Shown here piece after piece: positions 48,231 through 61,289 of a stretch of 62,000 bases of DNA. Below the pieces are notes generated by a model. The model made no database searches. It saw only the letters and a list, made by a program, of their open reading frames with translations, and was not told the origin of the DNA. Positions within the stretch are counted from its first letter, which is position 1; each line of letters begins with the position of its first letter. The position numbers and the translations under genes are program-made. The stretch comes from Vicugna vicugna (lineage: Eukaryota), in contig MU058059.1 of NCBI GenBank assembly GCA_013265495.1, positions 2,517,502-2,579,501 on the forward strand, written 5' to 3'.

Positions 48231-50589
48231 AGACTTAGTGACTTTAGCCTGAAACCAGACACCAAGGGTGACTAATCTGAGGCCTAGGATATATTCTTTT
48301 ACTTTCCCTTTTTTATGTACAAACCAGACCAAGAACTAAGCAGAGCATTTGCACACATTGCTCTTTTAGGGTCACCCAATACCTTCAGGGAGTGCTCCCC
48401 CCATGCTGTCAGCGGCAGCTCAGACTCAGGGTGCCTGCAGACTCGCCCCCTTGCCTGAGAGGGTCTGCATTCTCCTATCGTAGTCTGTCTTACTCGTTTG
48501 TTATGTAATATCATCTTTTGTATCTCCGATAAAACATGAATAGGAATTCCAGCTTCCTACTGCGACCAAAATGAAAATGATACAGAACTGATGGGTGGAT
48601 AGTGCATTTCCCAGCAGCATGTTGGGATGCATAAATTGCAGACTGATGTATTTCTGAATTTTTAACCTCACTAACAAAGGGTACTTTTTAAACCGTGGAA
48701 AACAATGACTAATTCAAAAACCATAGCTGTGCTGTGTACCTGGCATCTTTGCTGCTGAGGAACATTGGATAACTGGGGAGGTCAAGATAATATTAGTTAA
48801 TGAGGTCTTTGCTCTGATTCAACCGAATAGTAATGTAAATAAAGCTGTTACTTTACTATTTCACACCTTTTGTGTGACCAGTGAGGCAGAAATTCAGTAG
48901 CTGAAGATGCTGAAAGGGGCTCCTTGTGCCATTCCAGTTGCTACTCCTTTTATTGTAATAGACCTTGGGATAGTCCATGAAGAGGCAGAAGAGAGGACCC
49001 TGTTAGCAGGAGCACTGGTTTGTAATCTGTGTTTTTGATTATCAATGACAGGATTCTAAAATTACTCCCAGATGTCTCTCACAGGTTCTGAAATTGAGTT
49101 TCTGAAAAAGCACCGTGGTGGTAATGGAAGGTTTAGAGCAGAGTTCCAGAGAAATGAGCTGTGAATTGAACCTGCAATGGAAATTGATCCTATCAGTCAG
49201 TTTCTGCCCTTATCCATAGAAAAACAGGACTGAATGTAGGAGGAGGCAGGGTCGCCGATTGCATAGGATGCTAAAGTGCCGGAGGCTGGAACCGGGGCTC
49301 GCTGGTCCCTCGGGTCAGAATTGCAAGTGTCAGACATCTCTGCTTGAAACCTGGCTCCAACTGGCAGAGAACAGGAGGAAGAATGCTACCAGCATCGACA
49401 AGAACTCCCTGACGGGGCTCTAGGCCTGACAGCCACTGCACTCCTTAGGGACGCCAGCCTGGTCTCTGGTCATGAGCCAGTGGGCCCAGGCTGGACCCAC
49501 CGGCCTCACGACTCATGCCAGCAGGGCCTTCAGGTACCCATCCCACTGCAGGCTGAGTGGGCGAGTGTGGAGAGGAATGGCCTTGGAATCCTCTGAAGCA
49601 TCTTTAGGATCGTGAGAAAAGAGAAGCAGATATCCTCCAGCTAGTGGATATAATTCACTACCCTGTCATCTAACTCTAAGAGACTCATTTTGTGCGCTTG
49701 GAAAGGTGACAAATTTGCGGGGCAGTGTTTGCATTTTGCTTTCAGAAATGCCTTATGAGTTGCAATTAGCTGACTGAAGTTACACATTTCTGGCATGTTA
49801 ATCTGTTTACATATAAGGGATCTGGGGCTTTTGAAAAGTTTTTGTAAACATTCAAACTAATGAAGCATTATATAAAATTAGACATTGCCTTTAAATGATA
49901 AAAAGTCACTAGACTGGAAGAAGCCTTCAGTGTTGTCTCTAAGTAACTTAAGTATGATATCTTCCCTAACACTTGTAACTTAAATGTTAAAAAAAAAGAT
50001 TTAGTAAAAAGGAACACTCCGTAAGAACCTTCCACTCCAGATTCTCCAGGGCACTCTTCTTCTCACTTGTCCTTGGTTTCTAGAGTTATTGCAGGACAGA
50101 GTAGCATAAATGGTCATTATTAACCTCGTGTATGGTGTGAACTGATACCTGGCAGATAAATCCCATCTTGCAAATGGAAACCCAGAGCATTATTTCACTT
50201 GAAACGTTTTCATTTGTTGGAGTCACAGAGAAAGAGGGTGGCTCTCAGTGCTCTCTAGGTCCTAACTGGTGGAGAAAAGAAGGAATTTATACACAAATGA
50301 AAGTCAAGATATGAACTTCAGTGGTAGTCCAGACAGATTTCCAATAGCTGCAAAGCATAGGTAGGGTTGTCTGGAAAAGCTGGCCTGGGGAAGGTGGCCT
50401 GGACCCTCTGCTGTAGAACCAGAAGGGGAAGGGGGAAGCGTTCTTCCCAGCACTCTCGTCCCAAGATGTGATACACGGGCTCTTTATTATATTTTACATT
50501 CTTCGGCCATGTTTCAGGTGGGGGATCAGGTATCTTTACATCTCAGGTTCCTTCTTTCTGGTTTTCTTTGTTTGGGTAGAGACCCTGCA

Positions 50590-50790
50590 GCAGAGTGAAA
50601 GCAGCACAGGTTTCGTCGTCAGACAGATGAGAATTCAGAGCCACAGTCAAACCTTGGCCCAGACAAGTCAGTGTTCTCATCTGTATGTTGGGAAGAATAT
50701 TACTTAAGTTGCAGGGTTGTTTTGAGGAATAGACACGACAGATAAAACAACTTACACATAGTAAGTGCGCACACGGTAAACGGTAGCTGT
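50590..50790 (+). mobile_element. MIR SINE
   Basis: gcacaggttt..gtcagacaga..accttggc..tcagtgttctcatctgta..cagggttgttttgagga..cacatagtaagtgc..ggtagctgtt. Confidence 0.7.
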
Positions 50791-51359
50791 TCCTTCTCCA
50801 TTTCATGCTCATTTCCCCTTTCCAGTTACAGCTGTCTTTGCAGTTATGTCCCTGATGACCACATTCAGGAGAACAAAAACCGAAATATATGGATCAGTTA
50901 TATTTATGGATATACTAATAGAGAATTTTAGGTTAGATTCTGCCCAAACCCACGAGAGGTGAATTTCTTAGAAAAGTGTGCAGCATGTAATAAGTGCTCA
51001 TTAAATGTCATGTAGTTAACATCACTTCCTAAACAAGTTTAAGCCTTCTCTGTGTATATTCTTTCTTTTAAGCCAGTTGAAATGCTGCTGTTCCCTGCAT
51101 GTCATTTAGATCTCAAAGCTCGAAACTCTGTCCCTGGGGCTTGGACTGAGGGATAACGCTAAGACCTGATGGAGCAGAAGAACTGCTTCAGCACTGACTG
51201 TGTGAATTCCATACACATTAAACCCCAGAAAGGCCTGGGATTCTGCTCAGAAGTTTATACTCTTTAATCATGGTATTATTTCATGCTGAATTCTCAAGCT
51301 TTTACTCTTACATTTTCCAATTACATAATTATGAATTAATTTAAAAAGATAAAATATGT

Positions 51360-51852
51360 GTCTCCATTAGCATTAAGATTGGTTTTGTCTACCAGAGCCC
51401 CAGAGGAAAAGAGCCTGAAATAAAAGCATTGTATTTCTCTCTAATGAAAATTTTAGAAGTAGATCTTTCAGAGATAGTGGGGTTGTGCAGTGATGATCAG
51501 GAGCACTGGGTTCTTCATCATTGCCCTGAATTCCTAACATTTAAGTGCACCGTGATGCCTCCTGGCTGCATGAGCACAAAACATCACATCCTCAATCAAG
51601 CTAATAGGAAGGAAGAAGGAACAAAGATGGTGAGCCCCTTCCTTTCAAGGACACCCCCCAGAAACTGTCCTTGACATCTCATCTTGAATACCACCCACCA
51701 GGACTCAGCGCAAGGACAGGCCTCCCTGCAGAAGAGGCTGGAAAGTCTAGTCTTTATTCTGGGCAGTCTTATGCCCAGCTAAGGTTTAGGAATTTTATTA
51801 ATATGGAAGAAGAAGAGACAAGGTATTGGGGACAATAAGATTATCTGTGACA
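51360..51852 (-). mobile_element. MaLR LTR (MLT1J/K-like), near full length
   Basis: catcacatcctc..ggaaggaagaagg..gaggctggaaagtctagtctttattctgggcag..tgcccagctaa..gtattgggga..tctgtgaca terminus. Confidence 0.7.
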
Positions 51853-51883
51853 TCTGGGCTTCACCAGAACTTTCATCATTCTC

Positions 51884-51920
51884 TTAACTATGTTTTCTCT
51901 TTCCTTCTCTTCTATCTTAG
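51884..51920 (+). promoter_or_regulatory. Branch point (TTAAC, A at 51887) and polypyrimidine tract of the exon 8 acceptor
   Basis: yTnAy match 34 nt upstream of the exon, followed by an AG-free pyrimidine tract. Confidence 0.6.
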
Positions 51921-52229
51921 ATCCCATGCGTGGCCCCAGAAAACTGGAAGTCGTCGAAGTCAAATCTCGACAGATCACAATCCGCTGGGAGCCGTTTGGA
52001 TATAATGTCACTCGTTGCCATAGTTACAATCTCACAGTCCACTACCGTTACCAGGTCGGAGGGCAGGAACAAGTGCGGGAAGAGGTCAGCTGGGACACGG
52101 ACAACGCCCACCCTCAGCACACCATCACGAACCTCTCGCCCTACACCAATGTCAGCGTGAAGCTCATCCTCATGAACCCCGAGGGGCGGAAGGAAAGCCA
52201 GGAGCTCGTGGTGCAGACCGACGAAGATC
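51921..52229 (+). CDS. PTPRM: PTPRM coding exon (probably exon 8), FN3 domain 2; 309 bp, phase 1-1
   Basis: Long polypyrimidine tract ending tctatcttAG (51919-51920); (G)AT CCC ATG CGT = DPMR... to GAC GAA GAT C; donor GTAAGT at 52230. FN3 motifs ITIRWEP, TNLSPYTNVSV; N-glycosylation sequons NVT, NLT, NLS, NVS. Confidence 0.97.
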
Positions 52230-53479
52230 GTAAGTACTTTGAAGTGATGTGTTTATGTGAAGTGACCAGCCTTTCCACAAGGCAGCTTGTGTTTCTTTCT
52301 GACTGAGATCTTTACGATGGCAGTGGAAGAAAGAGCCACTTCCTGAGTAACACAAGTGTGACCCACTCTGCTGTCTGCTTCAGCTCTGATAAACAGGAGA
52401 AAGGGAGCAAAGAGGCCGAAGCCTATTTTAATTTTTATGAGCCATGCAGTTACTTTTCTACATGTCATAATTCTGTGTGGCTCTAAGTAGTTCTTCTTTC
52501 AAGTTTTATCATCATGTTGGACTGAAGAGTTGTTTTGGGCATGGGCTTATGTATAGGAAATGCTTATTTATGTGGCATTCTGAAACATTTTTCATAGTTC
52601 AGATGACAGTTCAGCCCCAAATGGAGGCTGCCTTAGCTGTCCAGCGCAGTGCTGAGAAATTACCTCATTAGGTTGGTGGTCATGTAATAGATCAGACTTT
52701 CCCACAGGAGCAGTGTTATAATTGGATATTACCTCAGTAACTGAGGATTTAATACACAGACCATGCATGTCACCAGCAACTCATCAAAACAAAGCAAATA
52801 CACGATTGTGATAAACCTCTAAAATTATTTAAAATACTAAAACTACATCTTAAATCCCATAGCATGGCTATAAATGTGCTTTGACACTGACTGTACGAGG
52901 GACTCTCATGTACAATAATGTGTTCATGTAGCACATAAACTACAGTGGTGCTATATCATGTATTTTACTTGAAATTCGCTTGTCAGGCTTCAGAGTAAGT
53001 GGCAAACAATTTGGGAAGCCCATTAAATGAATACACTTATTTATTCCTGGGAAAAATAGATGTTTCACTTTTTTCTCCTCAAGCAGGCAAGTATGATCTT
53101 TGATTGTCGACTATAACGTGAAATAAATGTTTATAACGAGACTTTATTTTTTCACGTAAAGAGCTGACAAAGTATCTTTGCGCGTCTGTTACTCATGCAA
53201 CACTATGCTTGTTGCTATGAAAGAAAAACATGGAAACGGCCAGAGAAAATGAGAAGCTCACCCCACATCTTCTCTGTTCTTTCGTGTAGCCCCTCAAGTC
53301 CTGCCTGCCTTGGTTGCTCTCAAATAGCTGGTTTAGTACAATTATTTTTCTGAGGAGTATCAGTTTGATACAAGTCACTCAGTCAAGGCTGAGATTGGAA
53401 GCCCTGTCTCGATTTCTTCCACCTGTTCCTCATCTCCCAGGAAAAATGGAAGAAAGTTTCAGCATCATCAGCAGATCAT

Positions 53480-53830
53480 TTCTGGGCCCTTAGTCCCCTG
53501 CATTTCAGTACTTAATTAGGTCCTAACTCGTGTTGTTGCTGCTTCCAATATATTAGATTGTTTTTATCTCTCAAATTCCACGACCTGTACCCAGATTCTC
53601 ATTCTATGCTCAAACTTCTGCAGTAGTTTCCAACCTTTCATTGTAGTTCCAGCTTTTCCCATTTTAGTGCACCCCTAGTCACTCACTGAACTAATCTTTC
53701 AAATATGTTTGCATCATGTCACTCTCTCCACAAGAGCCATCGATGACTCTCTCCAAATCTGTACTTGCAAGGTCTTCGGCATTCCTGGCTCATACCCTAA
53801 GACTGGTAGCCTTTCCTCCACGGCTGCTCA
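53480..53830 (+). mobile_element. Probable L2 remnant
   Basis: ctaatctttcaaatatg..catcatgtcactctctccacaag..atgactc..caaggtcttc. Confidence 0.4.
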
Positions 53831-54778
53831 TCCTGCACAGACATCTCCTTGGCATTGGTCCTGTATCCTGAGCTTTCCTTGCATCCTGAGTGCGCCCCAC
53901 CCCTGTTGTCTCTTCTCCTCTGCTACCTGCCTTCCCACTTGGGTGTCCCCCATTTCATTCTCCTCTGCTACCCTCCAGAATGCTCCTCGAGTTCCAGGTC
54001 TTTTGTGAAGCTGTCTCCAGTTCTTCCAGCCCTCATTGCTTCTCATCCTTCTGACCTGATTTGCACCTGTTAGATCTTTAAATCTTTGGGCCTGATTTGC
54101 TCATCTGAGAAGCAAGGATAATACAAATCTCAGGTATATTAGGGTGAGAAAACATTTACACAGAGAGCTATTTATAGCTGCAGAGAGGAGCCTTTGAAAG
54201 GTGAGCTTTATTACTGTTGTAACAATTCAAAGCAACTTCTTGTGACCCTTTTTTGTTCTCTCATTATATTACATAGAATTTTTTTTTCTTAACGGTAAAG
54301 CCATGTATTTTTCTTCTGTAGCAATATGCATGACATTGACTAGGTAACAAACACTCAAAATATTTTATTAGTCTCTAAATAAAATAATAAAGTTTGCTGA
54401 TGATCATTTAATTCAGGCTTAAATCAACAGGGATGCTTCCATCAATGAGAAAAGAACATCAAATGCAGTCATGTCTAGAGATGAGCGGATGTTTTGCTGA
54501 AGCATGAGCCCCATCAACATTTTTGAGTTTCAGATTGACATGAACTGGGAATTCTGTTAGGGTCTCTCAAAACATCAGGTCAGAATAAGTTACTTTTTCG
54601 TTTTTGTATTGACATGATCTTGCTAGTCCCTGGAGTTGGGGCAAGCATTACCTCCAAATAAAAACCTATTGTCTTAGTACATTGGCATCCAGGTAATTAG
54701 AAAAACTTCTATTTCAAATTATATTTCCTAACAACAACCAAAGTTAAAAAAAATGCTTCAAAAAAAGACAGAAAAGCA

Positions 54779-54898
54779 GGGAGGGGTGTAGCTCAGAGGG
54801 TATAGCTTAGCATGCACTTGGTCATGGGTTCAATCCCCAGTACCTCTGTTAAATATATAAATGAGTGAATGAATGAATAAAATTACCCCTCCCAAAAA
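54779..54898 (+). mobile_element. tRNA-derived SINE (Vic-1-like, small internal deletion)
   Basis: gggaggggtgtagctcag..cttagcatgcac..gggttcaatccccagtacctctgttaaa..aattacccctccc; TSD-like aaaaaagacagaaaag / aaaagagacaggaagg. Confidence 0.8.
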
Positions 54899-55827
54899 GA
54901 GACAGGAAGGACAGAAGTAGAATAATTGTTAATACTGAATTTGAAGAGAAAAGAATGGAAGGGTCACTTCATTTACCTGCCCTTAACAAAGGCTGTAATT
55001 CTTTGAACACTAAGTTTTATTGTCATATAATATTTTTATTGAAATACAGTTTATTTCATTAGAAAATATGTGGGGGAAAATGTATCCTTTTTATTACCGT
55101 TAATAGTGTCACCAGATAGTATAGGGCACAATTCCTCAAACTTAGATATGCTCTATATCCCAAATTATGAATTCCTCGAACTTCTAAGAACAGGCACCAG
55201 GCCTGAGTTCCTGTGAGGTACTGTCTTCCCTGTTTACCTAACTCTTCTGGTATTTTGTTTTAGTTCATTTTATCTGTTCCTGACTTTTTAAAAAAGTGAT
55301 ATGAATTTCATTTAGGTTTTTCTGTTAACATTGCCGTGACGCCGTCCATTACAAGGCCTCCAGCATATTTTACTGAGTTTATTCTTGTAAGATAACCTCT
55401 GTTCCACATAATTTTGACAATCTCTTTTTTTTTTAAATTTTATTCTCATTTGTACTACTTGAACGAAACCAAAGGCTTGGTTTTTCCTGTTTTTGCCTTC
55501 TTTTCATCTGTACAGAGATTAATGAGTGTTTTCAATTAAGAAGTATCATCACAAAATAACAGGACCACGCATCATAACGGTCTTGCTGCTGCGAGGAGCC
55601 TGATGGTGGCATCACAGGAAACATTTTCAGGGCAAAGAGGAGGAGCCTTAGGAGGCCGTGTCAGTGCAGCTTCTGACTGTGATGAGCATTTTAGTCTCAG
55701 GGCCGCGAATCCAAATTCTCTTAGGCTCGTAACTTTTAAGAACACCTTGTTTTTCTTTGCTTTGAGGGAATTTGACATCAGCTCCTTCAACCTCTGACAA
55801 ACAATTATTTTCATATTTATGTATTTT

Positions 55828-55997
55828 TTAGAGTCTGGACATTAGAGATCAACTTACTCCAACTTCCTCATTTTAGACGTGAGTCAACTGAGACCCGAGG
55901 GGTCAGTGAATTGCCCCAAGTGCGGTTTAACTACTAGACAGTCTTAAATCAGAACCCAGGCCCCCATCGGAACCAGTAATGTTTTTTCTGCAAAACT
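55828..55997 (-). mobile_element. MIR/MIR3 SINE
   Basis: ttagagatcaacttactccaacttcctcattttagacgtgag..actgagacccgagggg..ttgccccaag..agaacccagg. Confidence 0.7.
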
Positions 55998-56209
55998 ATT
56001 CTTAGCTCTACTTAGAATAGCTATAAATGTCCTTCGTCTGCCTGTTGGTAGCCCCTCAGGGAAACAAATGTGTACTCACTATGAGTTCTTTGGAAATTCT
56101 AAGCAGTCTTTCCAACCTGGGGAGATCTCACCGGCCCCTAAAGGGCTGTTCATACCCTCCACAAGCTCATAAAGCGTTTCTCCAGCCCCCCTCATCTAAC
56201 CTTTATTGA

Positions 56210-57250
56210 GAGGTGTTTATCCAGCCATGAGTTGATGAACATTTATGTTGTTCTGTTTTTTGGTTATTATGAATAATGATGCTCTTAATATTTGTGTACA
56301 AGCTTCTGAGTGACGTATTTTGAGTTCTCTCGGGTAAATACCTAGGAGTGAAATTGCTAGACGTATGGTAAATTTATCTGTGTTTGACCATAGACCTGCC
56401 AGACTGCTCAGAGTAGCTGTGTGATTTTTACATTCCCACCGGTCGTGTGTGAGGGTTCCAGTGTCCCCGTATTCTTGCCAGTGCTCGTTATTATCTGCCT
56501 TTGGATTTTAAGCATTCTAGTTGGTGTGAAGTGGTATCTTACCGTGATTTCAGCTTGCCTTTTCCTGCTGGCTAAGCTGTTGGACATCTTTTCATGTGCT
56601 TATGGACCATATGTGTATCTTTTTAGGAGACCTGTTTGTACAGGTCCTTTGCCCACTTTTACTTGGATTACTTATTTTCTTACTGGGTTTTAACAGTTCT
56701 TTATGTATTTTAGATAGAAGTATCTTGACATATATGTGATTTGCAGAAACGTTCTGCCATTTTGCGTGTTGTCTTTTTGGTCTCTCGATAATGCCGTTTA
56801 AAGCACGGAAGCTTTTCACTTTAATGTTTTACAGTTTGTCTGTATTTTCTTCTGCTGTTTTTGCTTTTGGTATCGTATCTGTGAAGCCATTGCCTAATCC
56901 AGTGTCGTGAATATGTACACCTATGTTTTCTTCTAAGAGTTTTGTAGTTTTAGCTCTTATATTTAGCTCCTTAATCTATTTGGATATAATTTTTGTATTT
57001 GGTATGAGATAGAAAACCAACTCCACCCTTTCGATGTGGGTGTTCACTTGTCCCAGCACCACTTATTGGAAAGATTGTTCTCACTGCCATTGAATTTTCC
57101 TGGCATTTTTGCTGAAAATCAGTTGACTGTAAGTGTGGGGCTTTCTTTCTGGACTCAGTTTGATCGCACAGATCTATACATCTGTCCTTTCGCCAATACC
57201 ATGATGTCTTGATACTGCAGCCTTTAGATTGAGAAGTGTCAGTCATCTCC
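56210..57250 (-). mobile_element. Old L1 (L1MB-like) ORF2/3'UTR fragment
   Basis: gggtaaatacctaggagtgaaattgct..ttttacattcccacc..ggtgtgaagtggtatct..tatgttttcttctaagagttttgtagttttagctctta; ORF 56971-57267 contains IKTSWYWRKDR.ID. Confidence 0.85.
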
Positions 57251-57261
57251 AACCACTTTTT

Positions 57262-57317
57262 AAACAATTTTTTTCTTTTAATTTAAAAAAAAAATTGGGG
57301 GGAAGGCAATTTGGTTT

Positions 57318-57357
<40 letters not shown>

Positions 57358-57459
57358 ATTATTTATTTATTTAATTTTTAGTGGAGGCCCTGGGGAATTG
57401 AACCCAGGACCTCATGCATGCTAAGCACGCGCTCTACCACTGAGCTCTACCCTCCCCCC
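57262..57459 (-). mobile_element. tRNA-derived SINE (Vic-1-like) with (TTTA)n and TSD
   Basis: ggaattgaacccaggacctcatgcatgctaagcacgcgctctaccactgagctctaccctcccc; TSD tccaaccact(t/g)ttt at 57248-57261 and 57460-57473. Confidence 0.9.
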
Positions 57460-57869
57460 TCCAACCACTGTTTGATTACTCACACCATCACCAAAAGATT
57501 CGATAACCCATTACCAAACTTATGCAAATTTATAAGTAGTACAGATATACTAGTTGATAAATAGGATAGGTACATGAATACACTAAACTGTGTATAATAC
57601 AAAGTGTACTTACAAACTGAAGTTAGACGAATATGAGATAAACAGTGTTTCTAAAATACTATACCTTATTTTGTAGAAAATTGGCAAGTAAATTTCCATC
57701 TTCCCTGATGTCAAGTAGATTTTCCTGCCAACTAATCAAAAGGCGTTACATATTATAGATTTTAAAAAATGGCAACAAACTTTCCCAAATCTGTTGTAGT
57801 ATGAATGAATAAAGCATTTTTAAGTATATTACTTCATCTGCATCACGTCTTTGTAAAGCGTCTGTTTTT

Positions 57870-58290
57870 GTGTGTATTTTTCCTAGGCACATTCAGTAGA
57901 AGTGCAGTAGCTCGTGTGTATTCTTCTCCGGCATGCTTTTGTCACTCAGTGCTATGGTTATAAAATTCATCCGTGATGATGTATGTGGCTGTCATCCATT
58001 TTCAGTCTTCTTTGTATTTTATTGTGTGAATATAAAATAATTTATTAAACTACCTTTTTGTCTCCAGTGTATGAGTTTTATTTTAAAAAGCTGCTCTGCT
58101 GACCCCCGGTATGTATCTCCATATGTGCAGGAGTATTACTAGGGCATATACCTGAGATGGGGTTATTGGGTTGTGTGATACGTGTCTCTGTAACTTTACT
58201 AAATACTACCAAGTTATTTTCCAAAGTGGCTGTACCAGTTTATAGTCTCACAAGCAGTGTAGGAATTCTCGTTGCTCTATATCCTTCTTC
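57870..58290 (-). mobile_element. Ancient L1 (L1ME-like) 3' remnant
   Basis: ttttgtcactcag..aaattcatccgtg..ctagggcatatacctgag..taactttactaaatactaccaagttattttccaaagtggctgtaccagttta. Confidence 0.6.
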
Positions 58291-58556
58291 ATTTATTTCT
58301 GAAGAATAACAAAGTTTACTTCCAAGATGATCACTGAACTTTGTCTAATTGAGTGCAACCTTTTAGAGGAAAAACAGTGGTGAAATTCTTTTCTTTATAA
58401 GGACAGAATGGCCAAAATGGTTTTAAATTCCAGTTTTGAAAGGAAAATCAAGTACATGTATTAAAACCTTATGCCTCAATAGAGTTAAAAACCTATCAAG
58501 TTTAGAAAGAAATTTTTTGGTTTCCTTAAATATGTATCGATTTTCCCCCCTTCCAG

Positions 58557-58666
58557 TACCAGGGGCTGTTCCTACTGAATCCATCCAAGGAAGTACCTTT
58601 GAAGAGAAGATATTTCTTCAGTGGCGAGAACCAATTCAAACGTATGGTGTCATCACTTTATATGAG
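58557..58666 (+). CDS. PTPRM: PTPRM coding exon (probably exon 9), first part of FN3 domain 3; 110 bp, phase 1-0
   Basis: Acceptor ttttccccccttccAG (58555-58556); (C)TA CCA GGG GCT = [37 protein letters not shown]; donor GTAGTG at 58667; in frame with the previous exon. Confidence 0.94.
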
Positions 58667-61289
58667 GTAGTGTATACATTTGTTAGTAATTTGACTTTTA
58701 TTACAATTTCCATGATAGCTAGACTGTCTAGTATTTAAAGTAGCATAGTGGCATCATGCCTTTTAAGAAGTTTAAGGCTTTTGGTAGTTACAACGGTTAC
58801 TGTTCAGAAGCAAAAAAAAATTAAAAATGAGTTTTTGAATGCTGTAATTTTCAGGCTGAATATTCATAATGATTTAGATGTTTCCAGAGTAGGTGCTCTT
58901 GTATGTAAAGATGCAACATACATTTTTAAAGTCACCTTTATCAAAAACAACGTGCTCCATAGTGTACATTATTCAGGAGGCAACCACAGAAGCGTGTTCC
59001 TACCAGCTATAAAATATTTGACTCCTGAATTATAGAAGAACGCTGATGATCCAATTAGCAGAGTCAATAGACATTGTCTCGGGAGTGACAACAGAGTAAC
59101 ATCTTTTGGTTTCTGCGCATTAGCAGAACAACCTTTAGACTTCTGTGACACGCTTCTGTCTATTGAGGCATATCAAGTGGTGGAATGATGGATCGCAGAG
59201 AAGAGTCTGATGAATTGTTCAAGGAAAAAGTACAGCAGCCTCGGTGACACTCATCATCACATCTGTGTGGGCCTGATTTCTCTGCCTATTGTCATAGAAA
59301 CAGGCAGGTGCATTTTCCCCCCAAAGCTAGCATTTATTTGAATGCAAATTCAACCAAATTATATGTTGTTAGGTTTCTAAAATTCGCAGCCGTTCTTCCT
59401 GTGGAAACTCTGAATACCTTTCGGAGCTACTGACAAAGCCTGAGAAGCTTAGCTGTCAGACAGTCATCACTGGCAAGCCCTTTCCCTAACCCAGTTGGCC
59501 TCACAGCTATGTTTCCTTATACCTTTTGAAAACTGGTACTGAAATGCAAAAAAAAAAAAATCATTGTTAATTGAAAGCTACACAAAGAGAACAGAAAAAA
59601 GTTGATTTTCATCTTAAGTTATCGCTATTGCCCATTGGCTGCCTCGTTGTCAGAGTCGAGTGTTACGAAAATGTATGGCTGTGCTTTTATAGACCTAAGT
59701 TTTATAATCAAATCAAACAAGTTAATATTTTTTTCCTCAGCGATCAGACTCTTCTAGAGAATATTTTTGGCCCCAGGACCATTTTTAGTTCTCAGTTTTG
59801 TGGATTCTTACCTAAGGATAACAGAGCACTTTACTAGACAAGAGTCAGTCTCTGAAATCAGCACGAAGTTCCAGGAAGTAAGTCCCCCGTCTTAAGAGCC
59901 ACATGCTTACATCTGGACAGACAGAAAATAAAGGCCAGGTTCTTTCCTCCTCATCCCGCTAGTATGATTTCGTGTAATAAGTAACTTTGCCGTGAAAACA
60001 ATAGAAAGCATAATTCAGAAGAAGAACCCATTCATCTCTGTGACTTCGGCAGCCAGGGTCCCCAGTTGAACACTGATCGAAGTGCTACTGCAAAGGGGAA
60101 GTGTGGCTATGTCATAAATCAGGATTTTAGAAATTAGATACAGGTAAAAAAAGTAGGTTGGGTTTTTTTTTCCTTTTTCTAGACACCAAAGAGAAAATGT
60201 CAAATGTGTGAATCAGGCTTAGGTGATTAAATATAAATTTCGGACTGCCGAATCTTTTCCCCTCTCTTCCTCGTGTTTTCTGGAAGTAGGGAGGAGGGAG
60301 CGCCAGATTCCTCAAGGTGGCCCTTCGATGGGGTGTGTGTGTGGAGCTCCCCGATAGCTAGGACACTGGGACTCCCAGCCTGTACCAGAGTCTGCAGGAG
60401 AGCTGGCTTCCTCCTGGGGCAGGGCTGATGATGAACCTGGCCCAGTCCCCTCCATGGAAGACCACAGCCTTCTGGGACAGATATGCTGAGGAAGTAAGAG
60501 TTGCCCAAAGGGGAACAGAGATCTTAGGAACAGGGTATTCATGGAAACACATTTGACTGGAAGGCAAGGTGAATTATCATAGTTGAAATAAAGCTTAGTA
60601 ATAAATGATGTGGGTGTTTCTTGAGGGGCACATTTGGATAGTATAGGAGAGAAGGATAAACAGGCAGAATATTGTAGATGCTATAAGTGAACATGCTATG
60701 AGCTCACCTTATTCTCAGGTTTCCTCTTTACACTCTTATGAAAGAGACGCCAAATCATTAATGGTTGGGAAGTGCTGACGGCGTCTCTTGCCAGGAGTCA
60801 TGGTAGCTGACGGCACTGAAGCATCTCGTGGGCTTATTCTTTGTCCTCCCCTTTTTCCTCTCCTGATGTCCATCCTCAGTGTTCTCGAACTAGCCTTTCC
60901 TGTCTCTTCTCTCCACCTGGGGTCTAGCTCTGGTCCTTCTCAGGCCTTGCCTCCTGATCAGCTGTTTAATTCCATCCAAGTCATCTTCCGTACACTTGGG
61001 ACTGATAACTACGCTTTTCCTCAGTAGCCGTCAAAATGTTTACTCTATCAAATTATAAATGCAATGTTGTTTTCTGAAAGACTCTTTTAAATACAGAAGT
61101 ATTCAAGATAAAATATCCTTGCTTCCCAAATTCACTTTTCAAAGGTAACTCCTGTCAAAACTCGATGCCTGTGCTTCCAAAATTTTATAAGGCAGAAATT
61201 TATAGTGCAAGTCACTTGTGAATATGGATGGATAAAATCTAATAAATGCTGGCAAACCCAGCATTTTATTACAAGAATAATATGCCATA

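Larger units (their letters stand above)
3317..51920 (+). other. PTPRM: GT-AG intron, 48,604 bp
   Basis: Bounded by GTGAGT and TTAG; the phase-1 junction restores GAT (Asp). Confidence 0.9.
52230..58556 (+). other. PTPRM: GT-AG intron, 6,327 bp
   Basis: Bounded by GTAAGT and CCAG; the phase-1 junction restores CTA (Leu). Confidence 0.9.
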
